Shown piece after piece: positions 1 through 10,730 of a stretch of DNA of 55,421 nucleotides. Each line of letters starts with the position of its first letter. Positions within the stretch are counted from its first letter, which is position 1. Origin of the DNA: Clostridia bacterium (GTDB lineage Bacteria; Bacillota; Clostridia; Christensenellales; UBA1242); assembly GCA_017481235.1 (NCBI GenBank), contig JAFUPL010000046.1:1-55421 (forward strand), in the 5' to 3' direction. The position numbers and the translations under genes are program-made. Under the pieces are notes generated by a model. That model saw only the letters and a list, made by a program, of their open reading frames with translations, made no database searches and had not been told where the DNA came from.

Positions 1-698
1 CCCTTAAGGTCTAGATTGCTAATTTCGGCAATATTAGATGCAAAAGATGTTAAATACATTTTGTGTTTTAAATACGTTGCAGTATCCAAACTATGAAATG
101 CAGTACGAATACTATCCACTTGTGAAGCACAATCGTCATATAGTGTATATAACATTGTTTGAGCAGTGCTATCCTTAATTTCGCCTTTGTCTACGCCTAA
201 ATAAATGTTGGTCATAGTGGCAATAGCCGATTTAGTTACCGCAAAACTTGTAGTTATAGCATTTTGTTGCTCTTTAGTTATATCATCTGGGACACTAATA
301 TCTGGTAACACAATTTCGTACACACAAGCGCTACTATATTCCCCTTTAATATTGTCCGCAACAGATTTGGCATTATCATAAGTTAAATAAAGTGAACTTA
401 GCACTTTATATTTTTTGTTGTACGTTATGTATCCAGCACCGCCTTTAGTTTGCAACTCTGTAGCAAAATTATACGCATCATCATAGTTATCAAAACTATC
501 CACTTCCACCGCGTAAAAATTGTTAGCATTTCGCCCCTTACCCGACACAAAACTAATTCCATTAGAAAAAAATGCAAAACTAACTAAATTGCATACACTA
601 ATTGCAAGCAATAATCCACATACTAAAACCGCTATTGAAAATATTCCACTTTTATGTTTGGAACTAACTTCATACACTTTATATTCTTTATTTTTCAT
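1..698 (-). CDS. membrane-anchored SPOR-like domain protein (C-terminus lies beyond the left window edge)
   Basis: Hand translation of the minus strand from ATG at 698 is stop-free to position 1 (MKNKEYKVYEVSSKHKSGIFSIAVLVCGLLLAI...). It has one N-terminal TM helix, then FYAVEVDSFDNYDDAYNFATELQTKGGAGYITYNKKYKVLSSLY, which resembles a SPOR repeat. It is missing from the ORF track because there is no stop inside the window. Confidence 0.55.
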   Translation of the reverse strand, partial: MKNKEYKVYEVSSKHKSGIFSIAVLVCGLLLAISVCNLVSFAFFSNGISFVSGKGRNANNFYAVEVDSFDNYDDAYNFATELQTKGGAGYITYNKKYKVLSSLYLTYDNAKSVADNIKGEYSSACVYEIVLPDISVPDDITKEQQNAITTSFAVTKSAIATMTNIYLGVDKGEIKDSTAQTMLYTLYDDCASQVDSIRTAFHSLDTATYLKHKMYLTSFASNIAEISNLDLK

Positions 699-729
699 AT
701 CTTATTTTATTTTGCAAATAGCAAATTTA

Positions 730-736
730 TGTCGAA
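730..736 (+). promoter_or_regulatory. perfect Spo0A-box heptamer TGTCGAA, 32 nt upstream of the SPOR-like gene start
   Basis: The exact heptamer sits in AAATTTATGTCGAAAAATAATT. Its flanks resemble the boxes at 32880, 39694 and 52738. Confidence 0.4.
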
Positions 737-767
737 AAATAATTTTTAACAATTTTTATAATATATC

Positions 768-856
768 CTCAATTCTTCATTATTAATTTTTAACTCTTCA
801 TTACAAAAGTGAATGCTTCCATAATTTTTCGTTTTTCACTCTTCATTTTTCACTAC
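768..856. repeat. dispersed AT-rich intergenic repeat, copy B (upstream of groES)
   Basis: CAATTCTTCATTATTAATTTTTAACTCTTCATTAC...TTTTTCACTCTTCATTTTTCAC aligns with 8597-8657 (CAATTATTCATTATTCATTTTTAATTCATCATTAT...TTTTCACTTTCAT). Confidence 0.5.
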
Positions 857-1038
857 TTTTACATATTTAGAAAAAATTTGGCACACCTTGTTCGTTTTTA
901 AAATTTGATATTGTATAATAATCGCGTAAATGTTTTAAGATTTAACATAATTAGACAAATTTATGTGCAAATTAATTATTTTACAAGCATTACAATATTC
1001 ACATACAGATTACACAATATGTAAAAAGGAGAAATAGT

Positions 1039-2921
<1,883 letters not shown>

Positions 2922-3030
2922 TACTTACAATGCATCAATCGTAGCAATAATTATATAGTTAATTGTTGTTGCGTTTCCCTTAGGTCAATTAATTTTACCC
3001 CTTTATTAATTGACTATAATCCTTTTCTTA

Positions 3031-3062
3031 AAAAGAACTCACAATCACGTGAGTTCTTTTTA
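3031..3062. terminator. bidirectional intrinsic terminator between groEL and the convergent membrane-protein gene
   Basis: AAAA-GAACTCAC-aatcac-GTGAGTTC-TTTT: an 8-bp stem flanked by A and T runs. Confidence 0.8.
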
Positions 3063-3074
3063 TTGCATTAATTA

Positions 3075-3623
3075 TTATTTCCTAAATTCAATCTCTGCAC
3101 CACAATGCTCGCAAAATCGCGCGTAACGATAATCCACTTCTTTGCCACAATACTTACAATAATGCTTATCACTTATAGGGTTTGTTTCGTTAGTTTTAAA
3201 TTGAGGTTCGTGTTTGCTTTGTTTTAATTTTTCAGCAAGTTGTTTATGCATTACCGCTTCAATTAAATCTAACGACCAATATATAACAAAAGGAATACAT
3301 AAATAACTTAAAAAGAATATTGCAAGTACTATTTTTACAATACATTCCCCCGTTGTAGTTGTTCGTTGACTTAACGGAATAGTTTTTACATTATTATACT
3401 TTTTAATCCATTTAATACTTATAATTGAGTAAACAAAAGCACCTATCATTAATGGAATTATAAATATAAATATCAGTCCGCTAATTGTATCTTCGCCATC
3501 ATATATAAACAATTGATAAACAGATAAAAATAAATATATCCCAACAATCAATGCCCCAATTAATGTAATTATTGCAATAATTAATCTTGCTATATCTAAA
3601 GCTCTTGGTTTTTTATCTTCCAT
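3075..3623 (-). CDS. multi-pass membrane protein with C-terminal zinc ribbon (CxxC...CxxC)
   Basis: 182 aa with several hydrophobic helices and C-terminal CKYCGKEVDYRYARFCEHCGAEI. SD AAAGGTGA lies upstream. Paralogous to 3633-4013. Confidence 0.7.
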   Translation of the reverse strand: MEDKKPRALDIARLIIAIITLIGALIVGIYLFLSVYQLFIYDGEDTISGLIFIFIIPLMIGAFVYSIISIKWIKKYNNVKTIPLSQRTTTTGECIVKIVLAIFFLSYLCIPFVIYWSLDLIEAVMHKQLAEKLKQSKHEPQFKTNETNPISDKHYCKYCGKEVDYRYARFCEHCGAEIEFRK

Positions 3624-3632
3624 AAATCACCT

Positions 3633-4013
3633 TTAACTATTACACTTTTTCTTTTTATTAACTTCCACAATATCGCAAATATATGCAATTAATAATGGTA
3701 GCGATAAGCCCAATATTGCAATAATTATTTTAACAACAATCCTACCAACACCAACATTGCGGTCTTTAAGTGAAATATTTTTGTTTTTAAAATACTTTTT
3801 AACACCAATAATACCCATAATTATATTTATTACTAGCACCACTCCCATTAATATAAAAATAGGAAATAGCAAAATTAAAAATATATTAGCAATATCATCA
3901 CCTTTGTTGATAGTGTAAAAATAATCGCCTACGATTATTCCTAATACAATCGCCCAAATAATTGCGATAATGCTCATAACCAACCTTGTAATATCTAAAC
4001 CTTTAGTTTCCAT
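3633..4013 (-). CDS. multi-pass membrane protein, paralog of 3075-3623 without the zinc ribbon
   Basis: I chose the start at METKGLDITRL (ATG 4013) because AAGGAG lies 7 nt upstream. Shared blocks: LDI(A/T)RL...II, and KY(N/F)..K.I(P/S)L..R......IVVKI.LAI. Confidence 0.65.
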   Translation of the reverse strand: METKGLDITRLVMSIIAIIWAIVLGIIVGDYFYTINKGDDIANIFLILLFPIFILMGVVLVINIIMGIIGVKKYFKNKNISLKDRNVGVGRIVVKIIIAILGLSLPLLIAYICDIVEVNKKKKCNS

Positions 4014-4058
4014 ACAAAACTCCTTAAAAATATTAATCTGCATTAAATATATGTGATT

Positions 4059-4337
4059 TTATAAAATTGAAGGTAACATAAATAGTGTTATAACAAACAA
4101 AACTGCAACACTTAATGGAACTAACACTTTAACAAACACGCTTAATAATTTGCTATCACTTTGCTTTGCCGAACTAACAGCCTTTTTGTAAATCCAACCA
4201 GGAATAGCAAGTAAAAACAATGAAATCAATGCCCAACCCCAATTAACACTCCACATACCAATTACAAACCACAACACTCCATAGTACAAAACTAATGCAA
4301 GTAATCCTAATAAAAACGCTTTAACACCCTTACTCAT
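4059..4337 (-). CDS. small (92 aa) membrane protein, unknown function
   Basis: Three predicted hydrophobic helices. SD AAAGGAG lies upstream. Confidence 0.6.
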   Translation of the reverse strand: MSKGVKAFLLGLLALVLYYGVLWFVIGMWSVNWGWALISLFLLAIPGWIYKKAVSSAKQSDSKLLSVFVKVLVPLSVAVLFVITLFMLPSIL

Positions 4338-4429
4338 AACATTTCTCCTTTGATACTAAATATTATATCACACAATTAAAAAAGTTGTATACTATTTTAT
4401 TAAAATAAAAAAATTAAGTTTTATAAACC

Positions 4430-4984
4430 TTAATTTTTTTTATACTTGCCTAAATAACTTTCATATTGTTTAATCCAACTATTGCGATATTCAACAAATT
4501 GAATTGCTATCGTATCGCTATTCACAAATTCATTAAGCAGTTCTGACATTTTTTCAAACACTTTTTCACTTTTATTAAGCAATCCTTCACTGCCACAGCC
4601 ATACATTTCAGTTTCTTCCTTTAATCTTATTTGAAATTCTTTGTTTTTATTAAGTAATTCGTCCATCTGTTTGCCTAATTCTCTTTTTAATTTTTCCGCG
4701 TCTAATATTCGTTTATTTATTGTGTTAATAGTATTTGCTAATTGTTTATTCAAAAGTGTATTACCTACTTTTACTTCCTTTCGCTTACCACTTTCATCAT
4801 CAATAATTATTTCCTTAACATCTTCAAGACATGAATGTAAATAAGCGACATCTTGGTACATAACCTCAATTAAACTTTCACACATTTTGCCATTAATTTC
4901 AAATGGTTTACACTCTAAAAAATTTCTTCTTGCCTCATCATATATATTTTGTCTACTTTCATAAGTATAAATGTCTTTTTCCAT
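4430..4984 (-). CDS. soluble helical or coiled-coil protein, unknown function (paralogous domain with 5086-6006)
   Basis: 184 aa. IYDEARRNFLECKPFEINGKMCESLIEVMYQD aligns with MYETAREILMDGKKVVMNGKRYDNLVSIMIKD of the neighbouring gene. Confidence 0.55.
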   Translation of the reverse strand: MEKDIYTYESRQNIYDEARRNFLECKPFEINGKMCESLIEVMYQDVAYLHSCLEDVKEIIIDDESGKRKEVKVGNTLLNKQLANTINTINKRILDAEKLKRELGKQMDELLNKNKEFQIRLKEETEMYGCGSEGLLNKSEKVFEKMSELLNEFVNSDTIAIQFVEYRNSWIKQYESYLGKYKKN

Positions 4985-5085
4985 TTTGTTTATTCCTTAT
5001 TTATAATATAACATAATATTAAAAAATTTGTATACTAATTTAACAAAGTTTAAAAAATAGGAGAATGCGCTCTCCTACTTTATAA

Positions 5086-6006
5086 TTATAAACTTACACT
5101 TGCTTGACGTCTTGCTAATTCATCTTCAATTTCTTTAATATATTTTTGAGTTATGATATAAGTTTTGTATGTTGCTTTTGTAATACAATCACCATTTAAT
5201 CTAAACAACAAACTACTTTCATATTCTTTTAAAAATTCTAATACATTGTTTAATTCATCAATACTTAATTTGGTTGTTTGTTTTAGTGTTTGAATATATT
5301 TATCTATATAATCATGATATTGTTGCAACATTTTAGCATCTTCAATTGCATTTCCTACTCTTTCAACCAATTTACGTGTTACTTTACCCTTTGACATAGC
5401 TTTTGATAAACTATCAAAAGTCTTTTCATCATCTTTTGTTTGTTGGTAAGTTTCGCATTCTTCAAGATGTCTTTCATACTTTTTTTGTTCCATCTCACAA
5501 TCTTTTATCATAATGCTAACCAAATTATCATAACGCTTGCCATTCATTACAACCTTTTTGCCATCCATTAAAATTTCTCTTGCAGTTTCATACATTGACT
5601 CACGATTATATTCTTCACCATAATCTGTACGAGTTTTAATATCTTTTTTAATTAAACTTTCTTGTTGTAACTTTCTAGTATTTAAAACTGATTGTTTACG
5701 TAAACTTATAACATTATTTTTTATATTTTGTAAATACAACAAAATTCTGGTTGGTTTATCAAGTGTAAATTCAACCCCATTTTCAGTTGTATAAGCATTT
5801 ACATCAAATGATTTTAAATCTATAACACAAGCCATGCTTTCAGATAGATATTCATTATTAATGTGATATGTACCTTTTGGCAGTTCCGCCCATAAGTAAA
5901 AATTGTCATTTAACGTATTAAAAACACGATGAACATTTTGACTTTGGTCGTCAACATCTTTATTAATATATTCTAATTCTTGTTCAGTAAATTTCATATT
6001 ATCCAT
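5086..6006 (-). CDS. soluble protein of unknown function (C-terminal half paralogous to 4430-4984)
   Basis: 306 aa. SD AAGGAG lies upstream, and its own terminator follows (AGGAGA-gcgcat-TCTCCT plus T-run at about 5056-5080). Confidence 0.55.
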   Translation of the reverse strand: MDNMKFTEQELEYINKDVDDQSQNVHRVFNTLNDNFYLWAELPKGTYHINNEYLSESMACVIDLKSFDVNAYTTENGVEFTLDKPTRILLYLQNIKNNVISLRKQSVLNTRKLQQESLIKKDIKTRTDYGEEYNRESMYETAREILMDGKKVVMNGKRYDNLVSIMIKDCEMEQKKYERHLEECETYQQTKDDEKTFDSLSKAMSKGKVTRKLVERVGNAIEDAKMLQQYHDYIDKYIQTLKQTTKLSIDELNNVLEFLKEYESSLLFRLNGDCITKATYKTYIITQKYIKEIEDELARRQASVSL

Positions 6007-6110
6007 AAATTTCTCCTTATATTTAACGCAATTATACCATATATTTAATTTTTGTCAATACTAAAAATAAAAAAAGAATTAAGGTTTCAACCCTTAACTC
6101 TCTTATGTTT

Positions 6111-8534
6111 TTATTGCTCGTCAGGTACAATTGCACCAAATACTAGATTGCTTTCGCCATTATTTGTAGTTAGTTTTTGAATACCACCAACTGCTTTGAT
6201 ATCATAATCAACGCTAGCAATAAATTCAGCGTTATTAGATGTAATATCAAGGCTTTCAATTTGAGTTTTCATGCTAATCTTGTTTTCACTCTTATAACCA
6301 CGGATTTTACCTACAATATCAACTACTTCATCACCACAAGCAATAATGTTAGCGTCTTCATCTAATTCGATAGGTTTTAAAATAGTTAAATGAATACTTT
6401 CCTCTCCCTCGTAAGCACTGAAATAGTCTTGATAAATTTCTTCAGTGATATGAGGTAAGGTAATTGCAAACATCTTTAACACTCCAAGTAGTACATTATA
6501 GCATGCCCATTGTGCTGACGTTTTTGCCTCTAAACCATAAACTTCAGGTTTGTATAAACGATTTTTAGCAATTTCAATATAGTTGTCGCAGAAGTTCCAG
6601 AAGAACTTTTCTAGTTCGGTTTTAGCATATCCTACTTCAACGTCTTCATATTGTTTTATAGTTAACTTATATGCCTCATTAAACTTGTGCATTATATAGT
6701 TGTCCATAGGTAATATTTTGCTTGGTTTACTTGGTTTGTAGTCTTGTAGGAATGATAATACAAATTTAGACGCATTCCAAATCTTGTTTACAAGTTTATA
6801 TCCATCTTTAACGCCATCATCACTAAGTAATACATCTCGGCCATAAGCACCATTAGCACACCAGTAACGGATTACGTCTGCACCATAGTTTTCTAATAAA
6901 TCTTTTAAACTCATCTTCGAGTTAGCAAAACGTTTACTAATCTTAACGCCCTTATCGGCCATAACCCAACCATTAACCATCAAGTCTTTCCAAGGCAAAC
7001 AATTTTGGTGATAATATGCCTTAATAATTGTACGTAAACTCCAAGTTGTAATAATATCACGACCGCAGAAGCGCATATCCATAGGCATACGGCTAGCACA
7101 TTCCTCATCACTTTCAGCCCAATTGCAGTTAATTTGAGGAGTTACACTACTTGTAGCCCATGTATCCATAACGTCAGTTTCAGGATTAAACTCGCTACAT
7201 CCACATTCACAAGTTCCATTATATTTTGTAGACAATGGATTTACTGGCAAATCTTCAATCTTAGCAAAATGTGGTTTACCACACTTAGCACAATACCATA
7301 CAGGGAATGGAACACCAAAATAGCGTTGACGTGAAATTGACCAGTCTTGATTTAGATTGTTAACCCATGCCATATAACGTGCTTTCATGCTTTCTGGGTG
7401 CCAGTTAAGTTCGTTACCTAGGTCAACCCACTTTTGCTTTAATTCTGGGGTTGAAGTGCGAATAAACCATTGCTTTTTAGCCATAAATTCGATAGGTTCT
7501 TCACAACGTTCATGCACTTTTACGGCATGGCAAATTGCGTCTTGCTTGTATAAATAACCAAGTTCACGAAGTTCCTCAATAATCGCCTTACGTGCTTCAA
7601 TTGATTTCATACCAGCGTATTTTCCCGCAAGTTCAGTCATGCGACCACCATCATCAATTGCTTGCTTTAATGGTAGTTTGTATTCACGCCACCACTCTAC
7701 GTCAGTTTGGTCACCAAATGTACAGCACATAACAATACCAGTACCCTTATCAATACCAACCTTACTATCAGTTAAAACTTTAACCTCGTTTTCTTCAAAC
7801 AATGGCACTTTAACCATTTTGCCAACAAACTTTGAATAACGTTCGTCATCAGGATTAACAAATATTGCTACGCACGCTGGTAAAAATTCTGGACGAGTGG
7901 TAGCAATAGGAATTGTGCCACTACCATCAGCAAGGCGGAAATTTAGATAGTTAAACACACTGTCAAGTTCCTTGTCTTCAAGTTCTGCAGTTGCAACGCT
8001 TGTACGACACTTACAACACCAAGGTGATGGTTTATTATCACGATATGCAATATTGCGCATAGCAAGGTCAATAAACGACTTTTGACTTGTTTTTTGACTA
8101 CGATTGTCAATGGTGTTGTATCCAAGATTAAGGTCGCAACTCATACCCGTGCGCACCATCATATCACGATAACTTTGGTTGTAGTCTGCAACCAAATTTA
8201 GTGCAATATTAGTAAATTCCTCACGTGGAAGAGTATGTGCACGTATTCCCTTTTTCTTTTCAACCAACAATTCAGTAGGCAAACCATTATTATCAAATCC
8301 TAGTGGATAATACAAGTTTTTACCAAGCATACGTTGGTACCTAGCATACATATCCGCTTGACTAAAACCATAAATGTGTCCAATATGAAGTTCACCACTA
8401 ACTGTTGGTGGCGGAGTGTCTATTGAAAATGTTGGACGATTGCTACGCTTATTAAATTCGTAAATGCCATTTTGTTGCCAATATTCTTGCCACTTTTGTT
8501 CACTTTCCTTAAAATTATACTTTCCTTCTAACAT
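6111..8534 (-). CDS. valS: valine--tRNA ligase (short, archaeal/actinobacterial-like type)
   Basis: 807 aa. Class I HIGH region PPPTVSGELHIGH, a KMSKS-like KISKR, and GFDNNGLPTE. SD AAGGAG lies upstream and a T-box leader precedes it. Confidence 0.85.
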   Translation of the reverse strand: MLEGKYNFKESEQKWQEYWQQNGIYEFNKRSNRPTFSIDTPPPTVSGELHIGHIYGFSQADMYARYQRMLGKNLYYPLGFDNNGLPTELLVEKKKGIRAHTLPREEFTNIALNLVADYNQSYRDMMVRTGMSCDLNLGYNTIDNRSQKTSQKSFIDLAMRNIAYRDNKPSPWCCKCRTSVATAELEDKELDSVFNYLNFRLADGSGTIPIATTRPEFLPACVAIFVNPDDERYSKFVGKMVKVPLFEENEVKVLTDSKVGIDKGTGIVMCCTFGDQTDVEWWREYKLPLKQAIDDGGRMTELAGKYAGMKSIEARKAIIEELRELGYLYKQDAICHAVKVHERCEEPIEFMAKKQWFIRTSTPELKQKWVDLGNELNWHPESMKARYMAWVNNLNQDWSISRQRYFGVPFPVWYCAKCGKPHFAKIEDLPVNPLSTKYNGTCECGCSEFNPETDVMDTWATSSVTPQINCNWAESDEECASRMPMDMRFCGRDIITTWSLRTIIKAYYHQNCLPWKDLMVNGWVMADKGVKISKRFANSKMSLKDLLENYGADVIRYWCANGAYGRDVLLSDDGVKDGYKLVNKIWNASKFVLSFLQDYKPSKPSKILPMDNYIMHKFNEAYKLTIKQYEDVEVGYAKTELEKFFWNFCDNYIEIAKNRLYKPEVYGLEAKTSAQWACYNVLLGVLKMFAITLPHITEEIYQDYFSAYEGEESIHLTILKPIELDEDANIIACGDEVVDIVGKIRGYKSENKISMKTQIESLDITSNNAEFIASVDYDIKAVGGIQKLTTNNGESNLVFGAIVPDEQ

Positions 8535-8596
8535 AAATTTTCTCCTTTTTGTTTAAACATAATTTAATATTGTTTATAATATAATGCGAAAGCGTC

Positions 8597-8657
8597 CACA
8601 ATTATTCATTATTCATTTTTAATTCATCATTATGTGTTTTCACTTTCATATTTTTTT
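8597..8657. repeat. dispersed AT-rich intergenic repeat, copy A (inside the valS leader, between the T-box terminator and the start codon)
   Basis: See 768-856. A shorter related stretch is at 48531-48565. Confidence 0.5.
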
Positions 8658-8684
8658 AACTTAATAGTACATACTATTGCAAAT

Positions 8685-8935
8685 AAAAAATCCCTATGCA
8701 ATAGCATAAGGACGAATAAATCGTGGTACCACCTTAATTTAGAAAGATTACTTTCCCTTAATTTATAACTAACGTATACTTTAACGCAAGCGGTCTAATC
8801 GTATAACACTTTCTTCGCTTGAACTAGTTTGCTACCTTCCACCCAACTTTCCTTAACTGCTTTCAGCCCACGACAGTTATTCTCTACCGACAGCCCTAAG
8901 TGTACTCCTCAAACTCACCGTTTCTCTATTAAGTT
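8685..8935 (-). promoter_or_regulatory. T-box riboswitch leader of valS
   Basis: The minus strand carries the conserved T-box sequence AAGGTGGTACCACG (reverse complement of 8722-8735). AGAGA and GAGTA stem-I motifs lie further 5'. The terminator is CCTTATGC-tatt-GCATAGGG plus a T-run (8685-8711). GTT candidates for a Val specifier are present but not rigorously placed. Confidence 0.8.
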
Positions 8936-8941
8936 GAAATC

Positions 8942-8970
8942 ATTTTAACATAACATTAAATCATTGTCAA
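8942..8970 (-). promoter_or_regulatory. sigma-A type promoter for the valS leader
   Basis: Minus strand reads TTGACA (8970-8965), 17 nt, TAAAAT (8947-8942). Confidence 0.6.
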
Positions 8971-9075
8971 CAATTTTAAGTAAATTCTATATATTTTCAT
9001 CAACCTGTGAGTTCAAATATATATAGACATATTTTTAAATGTATAAAAATTCTTTCAAAAAATTATTAAAAACAC

Positions 9076-9104
9076 TTGCAAGATTAAATTTTGTGTGCTA
9101 TACT
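9076..9104 (+). promoter_or_regulatory. sigma-A type promoter for tRNA-Leu(CAA)
   Basis: TTGCAA, 17 nt, TATACT, with a TGTG upstream extension. Confidence 0.6.
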
Positions 9105-9166
9105 ATCAAGGTACATAGTTAAAAGTGCATATCAAATATGTGCCTATAACTATGTTTAGCATATAT

Positions 9167-9252
9167 GCCGATGTGGCGAAATGGCAGACGCACAAGACTC
9201 AAAATCTTGCGAGGGCAACCTCATGTCGGTTCGACCCCGACCATCGGCACCA
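9167..9252 (+). tRNA. tRNA-Leu (anticodon CAA), class II with long variable arm, CCA encoded
   Basis: Acceptor GCCGATG/CATCGGC. Anticodon stem CAAGA/TCTTG with loop CTCAAAA. T arm has GGTTCGA. Ends in CCA. Confidence 0.9.
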
Positions 9253-9337
9253 GTTCTACACTCAATCGAAAGGTTGAGTTTTTTTAATGTGTCTGCCATT
9301 TCTTTATAGGGTTCCCTCAAAACAAATGCCTTGAAAG
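9253..9337 (+). repeat. tRNA-downstream module, left copy (terminator + D-arm complement + TATAGGGTTCCC...CAAAACAAATG)
   Basis: Matches the reverse complement of 13327-13411 at about 68 of about 85 hand-aligned positions. 9291-9302 (GTCTGCCATTTC) is the exact complement of tRNA positions 9178-9189. Confidence 0.7.
9260..9285 (+). terminator. intrinsic terminator after tRNA-Leu(CAA)
   Basis: ACTCAA-tcgaaagg-TTGAGT followed by TTTTTT. Confidence 0.8.
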
Positions 9338-9363
9338 AAAAAGCACAACTTGTTAATTAATAA

Positions 9364-9395
9364 TAAAAAATCTCGCCATATAGGTGAGATTTTTG
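9364..9395. terminator. bidirectional terminator downstream of the Rho-like gene
   Basis: AAAAAA-ATCTCGCC-atata-GGTGAGAT-TTTT: an 8-bp stem with one G-T pair. Confidence 0.7.
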
Positions 9396-9401
9396 ATTGT
9401 A

Positions 9402-10730
9402 TTAAATTCTATAACTATTAAATAGGTCTATCTCATTGTTTTCAATTACTATCCCTAGCGTTTCCGAACTTCTAAATATATCATTGATATTATATGAATT
9501 TAAATTATTGTTGCGAAGCGAAATAATTGTAAAGTTTGTTCCACTACCTCGGTTGCTAACCTTTATACTATTTAATATAGTTTTACTTATAGGCATTTCT
9601 GTATCATAATTTTTATCAAGTGCCAAAATTGATTCAATATCATCAATCAGTACGGCAACACGTTTACCCATTTCAACTAAACGTTTAACATAATTAGCAC
9701 CTAATAAAGTAATTGTAACTTTGGTGTTAAATGATTCATTAGATTGGGTACAAAATTTAACAACCTTATACTCATCACCCAATGTAGTTGATAGTTTGTA
9801 TTGAGGATTAATATATACAACCTTATCAAACATTGCACTTAATTCTTCAACAAATTTTAATAATATATGATTTTTTTGTGTGGTTTTATTAAGATATAAA
9901 AACACACTATCGCCTTCAAGTAATTTAAATTTGCTTACAATTGACTTGGTATAATCTCCTACCCCCTTTAAAGATTTGGCCCTTGAATGATTTAATTCAT
10001 TAAACCATGGTCTATCCACGTTCCAGTAATATCTAGACTCTTGATTAATTGTAAATATAGAGTCTAGAATATTTAATCCATCAATGGTCTTGTAGGTGCA
10101 TACAATTTCATCTCCGTTGCGAAGTTGATATTTGCTAACATCTTCTTGAGATATATACACAACCAACAAATCAGCAGTGCAATCGCATCTTCTAATAATA
10201 CTAAATTCTGATTGAGTAACTTCCAAATAACCCTTAAATGTAGACACTACTTGAGTGTGCTTGCCACTTAAAGGGTTTTCCTCAGCAAGAATACAATTAC
10301 CAAATCCAAAATCTTCATCTTCAAAAAATGATATATTGGCATCTTCTTTTTTATTGATATCGCTAACCTTTAAAATGTCTTGATTTGTATGATTATGTTC
10401 AATTTTAGCAACTTTATAATTATATATTCCTAAATCCGCGCCAGTTTTTTGTCCATTTAAAACCCCTTCGTCAAGCAACGCATATATATTGCCCTCAACC
10501 GTATTTATTGGTTTGTCAAACAAATCTGGATTAATGGTATTTTGCTCATTTAACAACATAATACTATCTAAATCTTGACTAGTAAAGTGTGATTTACTAG
10601 ACACATCTTCCAATGGAGTAATATAAAAACTCAACCTAATATTATTAGGTATAAACGCTATAACTTTTTTGACTTTTTTAAGTTTTTTATTATTAAATCG
10701 CCTTTTCATCTTGTTAATTATACAATACAT
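9402..10730 (-). CDS. Rho-like protein with degenerate ATPase motifs (Rho RNA-binding OB/CSD-like domain plus P-loop-less RecA-like domain)
   Basis: GYLEVTQSEFSIIRR...VYISQEDVSKYQLRNGDEIV resembles Rho GVLEI..GFGFLR...IYVS.SQIRRF.LR.GD. VEMGKRVAVLIDDIESILAL resembles VEHGKDVVILLDSITRLARA. GSGTNFTIISL resembles GGSLTIIATAL. The P-loop position reads LYLNKTTQKN instead of PPKAGKT. The start is uncertain: TTG 10736, ATG 10730 or ATG 10709. Confidence 0.55.
   Translation of the reverse strand: MYCIINKMKRRFNNKKLKKVKKVIAFIPNNIRLSFYITPLEDVSSKSHFTSQDLDSIMLLNEQNTINPDLFDKPINTVEGNIYALLDEGVLNGQKTGADLGIYNYKVAKIEHNHTNQDILKVSDINKKEDANISFFEDEDFGFGNCILAEENPLSGKHTQVVSTFKGYLEVTQSEFSIIRRCDCTADLLVVYISQEDVSKYQLRNGDEIVCTYKTIDGLNILDSIFTINQESRYYWNVDRPWFNELNHSRAKSLKGVGDYTKSIVSKFKLLEGDSVFLYLNKTTQKNHILLKFVEELSAMFDKVVYINPQYKLSTTLGDEYKVVKFCTQSNESFNTKVTITLLGANYVKRLVEMGKRVAVLIDDIESILALDKNYDTEMPISKTILNSIKVSNRGSGTNFTIISLRNNNLNSYNINDIFRSSETLGIVIENNEIDLFNSYRI

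Noticed and set aside
520-786. An 88-aa plus-strand ORF.
   Set aside because: It lies antisense to the stop-free SPOR-like gene (1-698, minus strand) and runs into promoter DNA. It has no SD and no recognisable features.
879-892. A sigma-54-like TGGCAC-N5-TTGT upstream of groES.
   Set aside because: The -12 element is TTGT rather than TTGC. There is no enhancer-binding context, and a single match in AT-rich DNA is weak.
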